NCBI GenBank assembly: GCA_903835325.1
Contig: CAILMU010000005.1
Span: 1-44,632, forward strand
Direction: 5' to 3'
Length of the DNA: 44,632 bases
Origin: an uncultured Candidatus Micrarchaeota archaeon
GTDB taxonomy: Archaea; Micrarchaeota; Micrarchaeia; Anstonellales; Bilamarchaeaceae
Shown: positions 37,718-44,632 of the stretch, piece after piece
Layout of the letters: each line of letters opens with the position of its first letter
Numbering within the stretch: the first letter of the stretch is position 1
The notes under the pieces: model-generated
Seen by the model: the letters and a program-made list of their open reading frames with translations, nothing else
Database searches by the model: none
Told to the model about the DNA's origin: nothing
Made by a program: the position numbers and the translations under genes

Positions 37718-38228
37718 CCGCTATGATATTGCGGCTGATTTATGCTGATGGCAAGGCCGGGAACGGGTCCACCTCCCGCCTCTCAACTTATTGAGATCCG
37801 TTCCCGACTTGTTATCCTCCCACAAAATATATAGAAAAAAAGAAGCGTGAAAAGAAAGTCATGCCCAGAGGCTCCGACCAGGGTTTTTGGGCACCTCTCT
37901 TCTTTTCGAAGAGAGTTATGATAGAAAGTCGGGGAAGAGATTTTTTCCCTTTCCCGATGGCGGCCGCAGATATTGCGGCCAATTAATACTGATGGCAAGG
38001 CCGGGAACGGGTCCACCTCCCGCCTCTCAACTTATTGAGATCCGTTCCCGACTTGTTATCCTCCCAACAAGGGCTAGCTCCCTGAGCACCATCTCAGGGT
38101 AGCGAGGCTAGCTTCTAATGGAGCTAGACCTTGTTGCCCACAAAATTAAGCAAAAAAGAAGCGTGAATATAGAAAAAGTCAGGAGCTAGAGACTCTTCGT
38201 ATGATTGGTTTCTAGAAATCCTCTCTTT
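37715..38228 (+). ncRNA. candidate structured non-coding RNA / tandem hairpin array of unknown class
   Basis: About nine stem-loops in two homologous units, compensatory substitutions between the units, and G-U pairs favouring the + strand. No convincing CDS. Confidence 0.6.
37745..38066 (+). repeat. exact 78-nt direct repeat (37745-37822 and 37989-38066; period 244 nt)
   Basis: CTGATGGCAAGGCCGGGAACGGGTCCACCTCCCGCCTCTCAACTTATTGAGATCCGTTCCCGACTTGTTATCCTCCCA occurs twice, with imperfect homology extending on both sides. Confidence 0.97.
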
Positions 38229-38298
38229 ATTATTCTCGGCGCGAAACAGCCCCGGCTATGGCCTGCTATTATAAACAATGAGATGGAAACCTTTATTT

Positions 38299-39741
38299 AT
38301 GCTTAAACCTTTCGATTTCTCGAGCACCGCTGAGATAGCCATCCCGAAAGACCCGTTCGAACGGATAATCGGACAGGAAGAGGCTGTCCGGATAGCCCGC
38401 ATGGTGCCCTACCAGAGGAGGCACCTCCTACTCGTCGGACCGCCGGGGACCGGGAAAAGCATGATAGCCCAGGCCATCTCGAGCGGGCTCCCTAAACCGA
38501 AATACGAGATTTCGGTGCTGGAGAATCCGGAGATACCAGAGCGGCCGATCATAGAAATCCGCGATTCCGGCCAAATCAATAAGGACAAGAGCGAAGAGAA
38601 GAGGATAGGGCGCGAGATATCCCCGTTCGATGTCCCTTCTTTCGTGGCGGAGAGGCTGGGCCTGCGATGCAGGAGATGCGGGGGCATGAGCGCGTTCACG
38701 GATAATATCTGCCCGCACTGCGGAGCCACGAAGAGCCCGGGGGGGAGCATGTTCGAAAGATACGGGATGCCGCCCCAGAGCCCGGTGCCCCAGGAAGGCG
38801 ATAAGGTCAGGGTCGCCACAACCAGAAGGATGCCGGACGGAAAAGAGGAGGTCATCATCTACGAGCGGACCTCTGATGGAAGGATCACGATACTCACGCA
38901 GGAGGAGATCAAGAAGATAGAGGAGAAGAGCAAGAAATCCAAGCGGAAGGTCCTAGTGCCCCTCACCCGCACCACGTTCGTGCAGGCTGGCGGAGGCACA
39001 GAGACAGAGCTCCTGGGCGACATCAGGCACGACCCATATGGCGGCCATCCGAACCTGGGGACCCCGGTCTACGCCAGGGTGGTCCCTGGAGCGGTGCATG
39101 AGGCGCACGAAGGGGTCCTGTTCATAGACGAGCTTTCCACCCTCGGGAACATCCAGCGCTACATCCTCACAGCGATGCAGGACCGCAGTTTCCCGATAGT
39201 CGGGCGCAACCCCATGAGCAGCGGGGCAGCGGTCAGGGTCGACAGCGTCCCCTGCGATTTCATCCTGGTCGGCGCATGCAACATCAATGATACCAAGAAC
39301 ATCATCCCGGCCATGCGATCCAGGATCCGGGGCGACGGCTACGAGGTGCTCATGAACGCATACATGGAAGACACCAAGGACAACCAGTACAAGCTCGTGC
39401 AGTTCATCGCCCAGGAGATAAAGAAGGATGGCAAGATACCGCAAGCAGATAAGGCCGCCGTGGCTTTATTGCTTGAGGAGGCCAGGAACATAACGCGGAA
39501 AATCGACAACGCCAAAGGCCTGACGCTGCGCCTGCGCAACCTGATAGGGATAATCAAGATGGCCGGCGACATCGCGGCCATGGAGAAAGCCCAGTTCATA
39601 ACCAAGAAGGACATCACCGTCGCGATAAAGGAGTCGAAGACCATCGAGGAGAAGGTCAAGGAGAAATACGGCAACTGGTGGGCGAGCGAAGCGGCCGACC
39701 ACGGCATAAAGAGCGAGAAGGCAGGCCCCGAGACCGCGTGA
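38299..39741 (+). CDS. Lon-related AAA+ ATPase lacking the protease domain, with zinc-ribbon insert
   Basis: IIGQEEAV, GPPGTGKS, LLGDIRHDPYGG, GAVHEAHEGVLFIDE, PCDFILVGACN, RSRIRGDGYE, LRLRNL. CRRC..CPHC insert. Ends without a Ser-Lys protease domain. Likely start at ATG 38299, about 25 nt after TTATAAA. Confidence 0.9.
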   Translation: MLKPFDFSSTAEIAIPKDPFERIIGQEEAVRIARMVPYQRRHLLLVGPPGTGKSMIAQAISSGLPKPKYEISVLENPEIPERPIIEIRDSGQINKDKSEEKRIGREISPFDVPSFVAERLGLRCRRCGGMSAFTDNICPHCGATKSPGGSMFERYGMPPQSPVPQEGDKVRVATTRRMPDGKEEVIIYERTSDGRITILTQEEIKKIEEKSKKSKRKVLVPLTRTTFVQAGGGTETELLGDIRHDPYGGHPNLGTPVYARVVPGAVHEAHEGVLFIDELSTLGNIQRYILTAMQDRSFPIVGRNPMSSGAAVRVDSVPCDFILVGACNINDTKNIIPAMRSRIRGDGYEVLMNAYMEDTKDNQYKLVQFIAQEIKKDGKIPQADKAAVALLLEEARNITRKIDNAKGLTLRLRNLIGIIKMAGDIAAMEKAQFITKKDITVAIKESKTIEEKVKEKYGNWWASEAADHGIKSEKAGPETA

Positions 39742-39752
39742 ATTGGAGACAA

Positions 39753-41018
39753 TCACCTGTTTCGGGTCCGGTTGAACAGGAAGAATACCAGGCCGATGCC
39801 GATCACGACTATCTGCATCAACCATAACCTCGCCTCGAAATTCGCGAGCATGAACAAAGTCGACAGGACCCCGAGCCAAGCAAGAACAGGGATCCCAAAG
39901 ATCCTCGGGCTGAAGAACGAGCGCTTATCATCGCTATTTGCAAGGATTATCAGGGATGCGTTCACGGCCAGGTATGCGAAGAAAACGGCGAGATTGGCAA
40001 GCTGGGCGACAGTCTTGATATCGAATGCCGATGCGAAAAGCGCGGCGAGCACTCCTACGATAGCGACTGATATCATCGGCGTCTTCCTGGAACCCGTCAC
40101 CGAAAGGAATTTCGGGAGCGAACCTCCTTTGGACATGCCGTAGAATATCCTTGATGGGACGATGAGGAACATCAGGACCGTGTTCGCTGTAGCGAAAAGC
40201 GCGATATATGAAAGCAATGACGAATACCTGCCAAGGGTCGCGGATACGACAAGCGTGAGCGGAGCGTTAGATTGCGAGAGTGCCGACCACCCGACCTCCC
40301 GGACCGCGGCGACAGCAACCAAAATGTAGATGATTGTGGAGATCCCGAGCGAAAGCATCAACGCCATGGGAATCGTTTTCCTGCTGTCCTTGACCTCTTC
40401 CGAGAGGTTGGTGAGGTTCTCGAAACCTATATAGGCGAAAAAGACGACCGATACTGCTGCTATGATGCCTGAGATGCCGTTCGATGGCAGTTCGAGCAGA
40501 TTGCTCTCGATTGTCGGGTGCGAGATGAAACCGATGACGATAACAGCCAGAAGCCCGAGCACCTCGAAAGAGGTCGCGATGTTGTTGAATTTCGCGGATT
40601 CGTTGATTCCGATGTAGTTCAGGATAGACATGGCGATGATTATCGCTAGCGCTCCGATGACAGGGTCTATCCCGCTGAGCGCTTGCAGATACCCTCCGAA
40701 TCCGATAGCGACGGTCGCTGCGGCTATCATCGTCCCGATAGCGATCACCCATCCTATCGCGAACGAGAACGTCTCGCTGTGGAATGCCTTGCGCGTATAG
40801 GTATATTCGGCAGCCTCTTTCGGGAACGCGGATGAGAGCTCGGCATAGCTGAATGCCGTGAATATCGCGATGAGCGCTGAAAGAAAAAATGCGAGCCAGA
40901 GCGTATTGCCGGCAAGCCCGGCTCCGATCGAGATGAGGGCGAAAATCCCTGCCCCGAATATGACGCCGAGGCCATACATAGTCGTGCTGAACAGGCCGAG
41001 CCCGCGCTTCAAACCCAT
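39753..41018 (-). CDS. APC family amino acid permease
   Basis: GVIFGAGIF, SYAELSSAFP, FFAYIGFE..NLSEEVKD, SRIFYGMS; about 12 TM segments. Confidence 0.95.
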   Translation of the reverse strand: MGLKRGLGLFSTTMYGLGVIFGAGIFALISIGAGLAGNTLWLAFFLSALIAIFTAFSYAELSSAFPKEAAEYTYTRKAFHSETFSFAIGWVIAIGTMIAAATVAIGFGGYLQALSGIDPVIGALAIIIAMSILNYIGINESAKFNNIATSFEVLGLLAVIVIGFISHPTIESNLLELPSNGISGIIAAVSVVFFAYIGFENLTNLSEEVKDSRKTIPMALMLSLGISTIIYILVAVAAVREVGWSALSQSNAPLTLVVSATLGRYSSLLSYIALFATANTVLMFLIVPSRIFYGMSKGGSLPKFLSVTGSRKTPMISVAIVGVLAALFASAFDIKTVAQLANLAVFFAYLAVNASLIILANSDDKRSFFSPRIFGIPVLAWLGVLSTLFMLANFEARLWLMQIVVIGIGLVFFLFNRTRNR

Positions 41019-41041
41019 GATATCACAATCGCGTGACGGAA

Positions 41042-42535
41042 CTATCTATTCTTCCCGCCAACCGCCCCTCTTTCGGCCGATTCGGCCAACCGCGATAAAG
41101 CCTCGACCACCAGGCGCACGCCTATCCCGCTCGCGCCTTTCGAGAGGTATGGGTGTTTTTCGGTCATGTTGTCCACGCCTGCGATATCCAGGTGGGCCCA
41201 TCTGCATTCGCCGATGAATTCACCCAAGAAGCATGCTGCTGTTATGGAACTCGCCTCCCCGGTCTCGCTCCCCATGTTCTTGATGTCCGCGAAATCGCCC
41301 TTGTTCATCTCCTTGTATTCGCTGTCCATGGGGAAGCGCCATACCCGCTCGAACACGCTTTCGCCGGAATCAGATATAGTCTTGGCGAGCTGGTCGTCAT
41401 TGGAGAAGAGGCCTATCCTGTTGTGGCCCAGGCAGGTTATCATAGCTCCGGTGAGCGTGGCCAGGTCTATCATGGCATCCGGTTTCATTTCTGAGATATA
41501 TGCGAGCGAATCGGCTAGGATCAGGCGGCCTTCGGCATCCGTGTTGAGAATTTCGATGGTCTTGCCGGAATATGCGGTTATGATATCCCCGGGTTTCTGC
41601 GCCGAGCCGGAGGGGAGATTCTCTGTGGCTGCGAAGGCGCCGAGAAGCCGGACCGGGAGCTTCATCTCGCTCGCCGCTTTCATGATGCCGAGAACGCAGA
41701 CTGCCCCGGACTTATCGTATTTCATCTCCTGCATGCCTTTGGATGGTTTCAGGGATATGCCGCCGCTGTCGAAGGTTATGCCTTTTCCCACAACAGCGTA
41801 GAACGGGAGGTCTTTCCGGCCTTTGTTGTGCTCAAGCATGACGAAGACCGGAGGCAGGGCGCTCCCCTGGTTGACAGCGAGGATAGCGTTCATCTTCAGC
41901 TTCTTCAGCTCCTCCTTTCCCAAGACCGTCACTGCGAGGCTGCTGCTTTTCGCGAGCTTCCTTGCCTCCTCTTCGAGCCTCTGGGGCGTCGCGATGTTGG
42001 CGGGATTCTCGTCTATATCGCGGACGTAATTCTGCGCGCCTGCGAGAATGATGGCTTTGCCCAACGGAACGCGCGAATCGGATGCATCCAGCTTGGATAT
42101 TATCGTCGCTTCCGGTACATCGAAGAAATCGTCTTTCTTGGTCTTGAATTTCGTCGGCTTGTAATCAGCCAGGAGGATCCCTTCGGCCACGGCTTGGACA
42201 GCGCCCTCTGGAGCGAAGCATTCGTTGAGCGCCGATATCGTGAAGGAAGGGCATCTGGATGCAGATGCCGCCCGGCATGCCGCGCCACCGAACCTGCGGA
42301 GATTGTCAAGGGTCAAGTCCTTCTTCTCGCCCAACCCGTATAGGAGCAGCTTCCTGAACCCGGCTTTGCCTTGCGTATCCGTGATATAGAACTGGCCGGC
42401 CTTGCCTTCGAAAGATTTCTTCATTATGCCCTTCGTCAACTCGGGAAATGGTATCAAATCCCCCTGCGCGATCGCTATCGCCAAAAGCTCGTCCTTGACT
42501 TCATTCACATCGGCGTTCTTCAGTTTAAGCTGCAT
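41042..42535 (-). CDS. pepA: leucyl aminopeptidase (M17)
   Basis: VGKGITFDSGGISLKP, MKYDKSGA, NTDAEGRLILAD, DLATLTGA, WAHLDIAG. Confidence 0.97.
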   Translation of the reverse strand: MQLKLKNADVNEVKDELLAIAIAQGDLIPFPELTKGIMKKSFEGKAGQFYITDTQGKAGFRKLLLYGLGEKKDLTLDNLRRFGGAACRAASASRCPSFTISALNECFAPEGAVQAVAEGILLADYKPTKFKTKKDDFFDVPEATIISKLDASDSRVPLGKAIILAGAQNYVRDIDENPANIATPQRLEEEARKLAKSSSLAVTVLGKEELKKLKMNAILAVNQGSALPPVFVMLEHNKGRKDLPFYAVVGKGITFDSGGISLKPSKGMQEMKYDKSGAVCVLGIMKAASEMKLPVRLLGAFAATENLPSGSAQKPGDIITAYSGKTIEILNTDAEGRLILADSLAYISEMKPDAMIDLATLTGAMITCLGHNRIGLFSNDDQLAKTISDSGESVFERVWRFPMDSEYKEMNKGDFADIKNMGSETGEASSITAACFLGEFIGECRWAHLDIAGVDNMTEKHPYLSKGASGIGVRLVVEALSRLAESAERGAVGGKNR

Positions 42536-42610
42536 ATCGTCACCTTGGATAAGATATCGGTATGCATCCAGATTCGCGAATAAGGTTAAAAAATCAGCAT
42601 TTGCGCCCCA

Positions 42611-44353
42611 TCACTCCGGGTTTTGCGGGAACACGAGATCCCTAAGAGTCATCGCGGAATCCGTGAAATGGGCCTGCGCCATCCTGAGGCTTTCAAAGAC
42701 CTGCTTTTTGTCATCAGTTTTGAGCGCAGACTCGAAATACGCGACCGCGCCCGAAAGTTCCGATATCGTCGTTCCAAGATATCGATCGGGCGACTTGGAG
42801 AGTTCGTCCAGGATAAAACGGGGGTCAAAGTCATCAAGCTCCTGCACTTTTCCCGTGATTTTTTCTCTGGCGAGTGCGATATTACCTTCCTTTATGTGGT
42901 GGTGTATCGAGCCATAATTACCCGGAAGGAATTCCGGTTTCTTTTCCACCATGCAGAAGAGGGCCCAGTTCGCCCAGAGGCAGCGCATCGCTTCGGTGCT
43001 CTTCACTGAGAACGCGTTTTCAGCAGATTCGAGCAGTACGATGTTATTCTCGTGCTCGTCTCTCTTCTTCTGGAGGGTGCGGATCATTTGCCCGAGTTCC
43101 CGGAGCTTTCCGGAGTTTTCGGAATCGAATGTTTTCGCTTCCCATTTCATGCCTTCAATGGTTGACTCAAGACCCGCGAGCCTGGCTTCCTCTTCCGGAG
43201 CCGGATTCTCCTTTTTCTTCAGCCGGCGTATAGAACCTTGAACACTCGACCTCTCTTTTTGGTCATGCCAAGGCAGGGCTTTGCATGCCGCCTTGATGGA
43301 TTCGAATTCATCCAGCTTCGACTCCAATGCGGTTTCGTCCGAATCAGACCAGCCGGCCTTTTTCCTGAATCTTTCGATATCTTTCTGCAGATGCGCCAGC
43401 TCGTCGGCCATTCCCAGCACCCGGGTCAAAACATCCCTGCGCCGCAAATCCGATAAAGCGTCTTCCCTCGCTCTGTTGATCCCTGAAGAGAATCTTGATA
43501 GTTGCGAATACAGCCACCGATCTCGCACCAGCCTGAGGGCATCTTCCCTGTATTTTGCCACCCGCATCAAATGGGCGATGCCGAGCTGCCTCGAATGCAG
43601 CCTGTTGCGAACTGCAGTGAGCTGCGCCGTTGCCATGCTGAGCGGAGCCGCCCTTTTTTCGGGTGGAAGAGCGCGGATGCCTTTGAAAGCGCTGAGCGTC
43701 TCTTCAACCCTGCCAGCCGCAACGATATGCAGCAAAGCGAGATCTTTTTCAGACAAGGCCGAGCGCAAATCAGACAAAGATTCGATGAGCCGATCAAGCC
43801 CGGAATCTGTTTTCAACCCTTCCAAAATATTCCTCCAGCGTTGATTCGGGTCGGCATTGCCAGGCGCGCCCTTCTCTTGCGGTTCGATGGATTGGATCTT
43901 CTTTTCCAGCACCAGGAGCTCTGAACGATAGTTCGCCCTCATATCCTTGAATGAGCGGACAGCACGGATGAGATGCGTGGATGATTCGACATCTTTTTTC
44001 GCAAGCGGGCTGTGCTTCATCTCCTGCTCGACCTCTTTCCAGCAGCCGTTTATCTGCTTCTTGTCCTCCTTCCTGAAGAACACGGTCACCCTGGGGCAGC
44101 TGGGCTCAAGCACCATCTTGAGCGCTTTGAAACCGGGGTTCTCCACAGGAAGGCCCATATCGTCCCTTCCGGCAAAACGATAGCCTGATTTCCCAGGGCC
44201 GAATATCCTCTTAGCCCGCTCGTCGGCTTGTGTGAATTCGAGCCAACGTTGCTGCTGATGGGATACTGAAAGAGGAAGGCTGCCCCTAGATGAGGCGTGA
44301 GCTTCCGGGATATCTTTGGAATGCGTTGAGAATGCTGTTTTTCTGTCGTTCAT
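42611..44353 (-). CDS. hypothetical helical/coiled-coil protein
   Basis: 580-aa ORF with TATA-like TTTTAATA upstream. No family recognised. Confidence 0.75.
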   Translation of the reverse strand: MNDRKTAFSTHSKDIPEAHASSRGSLPLSVSHQQQRWLEFTQADERAKRIFGPGKSGYRFAGRDDMGLPVENPGFKALKMVLEPSCPRVTVFFRKEDKKQINGCWKEVEQEMKHSPLAKKDVESSTHLIRAVRSFKDMRANYRSELLVLEKKIQSIEPQEKGAPGNADPNQRWRNILEGLKTDSGLDRLIESLSDLRSALSEKDLALLHIVAAGRVEETLSAFKGIRALPPEKRAAPLSMATAQLTAVRNRLHSRQLGIAHLMRVAKYREDALRLVRDRWLYSQLSRFSSGINRAREDALSDLRRRDVLTRVLGMADELAHLQKDIERFRKKAGWSDSDETALESKLDEFESIKAACKALPWHDQKERSSVQGSIRRLKKKENPAPEEEARLAGLESTIEGMKWEAKTFDSENSGKLRELGQMIRTLQKKRDEHENNIVLLESAENAFSVKSTEAMRCLWANWALFCMVEKKPEFLPGNYGSIHHHIKEGNIALAREKITGKVQELDDFDPRFILDELSKSPDRYLGTTISELSGAVAYFESALKTDDKKQVFESLRMAQAHFTDSAMTLRDLVFPQNPE

Positions 44354-44399
44354 GATAATAAGATGTGATGATTATATTAAAAAGATTCTGGACCCGCTT

Positions 44400-44549
44400 T
44401 CATCTGCGCCTCATGATGCGCAGTAGCTTCTTCACTTTCGTGAGCTTGCTCTTGAGGCTCGGGCGGCGGGAGTGTTTTTTCTTGGGCTTTTTCGCGATGG
44501 CTTTTTTTCTTTTTATGGCCCTGTCCCTCTTCGTTCTCTTCATCTTCAT
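44400..44549 (-). CDS. 49-aa extremely basic protein
   Basis: Below the ORF-track cutoff: MKMKRTKRDRAIKRKKAIAKKPKKKHSRRPSLKSKLTKVKKLLRIMRRR. Strong SD AAGGTGA 7 nt upstream. Confidence 0.7.
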   Translation of the reverse strand: MKMKRTKRDRAIKRKKAIAKKPKKKHSRRPSLKSKLTKVKKLLRIMRRR

Positions 44550-44632
44550 GAGCGAATCACCTTGGAACTGAGGACCGATGGACCCAGTTGATGTCTGGAC
44601 TCGGTGGAGAAGTTCCTCAAACGATTACAGAT

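Noticed and set aside
37722..37748. C/D box sRNA (ATGATA...CTGA)
   Set aside because: The C-box match is poor, the spacing is too short, and it is not retained in the second unit.
37745..38066. CRISPR array interpretation of the direct repeat
   Set aside because: Only two copies, 78 nt long with a 244-nt period and homologous flanks. No cas genes in the window.
37748..38102. Repeated peptide ORFs MARPGTGPPPASQLIEIRSRLVILP.. (37748-37834 and 37992-38102) and track ORFs 37783-38016 and 37887-38102
   Set aside because: No SD, different C-termini, and the sequence is fully explained by base-pairing. Not excluded, but unsupported.
38060..38140. Integron attC site
   Set aside because: The AAC...GTT ends are present but the RYYYAAC/GTTRRRY boxes match only partly. 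There are no gene cassettes between hairpins and no integrase.
37921..38260. RNase P RNA (GAAAGTCGGGG could pair with ACAGCCCCGGCTA like helix P4)
   Set aside because: It lacks the GAGGAA context, the bulged-U P4 geometry and a closing P1 helix, and GTCGGGGAAG has a local hairpin partner. A cmscan would settle it.

Overview
Archaeal chromosomal segment. Rps8e, Cgi121, ApgM, a short XPF, TATA-type promoters and many orphan coiled-coil genes point to a DPANN lineage such as Micrarchaeota (inference, not verified). From left to right: truD (partial), an HTH-CBS regulator, metG, rps8e and cgi121; a type IV pilus-like locus (ATPase, two TadB/C platform proteins, class III pilin) with three unusual winged-helix/coiled-coil accessory genes; apgM; a metal/Fe-S cluster (DUF6390, EamA, DsbA-like, SufS, NikR-like regulator, an unannotated CPCPxC microprotein, Znu-type ABC importer, CDGSH protein); an accessory stretch downstream of tRNA-His (orphans, J-domain protein, DUF4256, Fic); an MBL nuclease, XPF, a PIN/UPF0175-like pair and a wHTH gene; a protease-less Lon-like ATPase, an amino acid permease and pepA. 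The most striking unexplained element is a ~510 nt tandemly duplicated, hairpin-dense non-coding region (37715-38228) with compensatory base changes, G-U pairs favouring the + strand, exposed anti-Shine-Dalgarno motifs and an extra inserted hairpin module. No CRISPR array, transposase, integrase or reverse transcriptase was seen.
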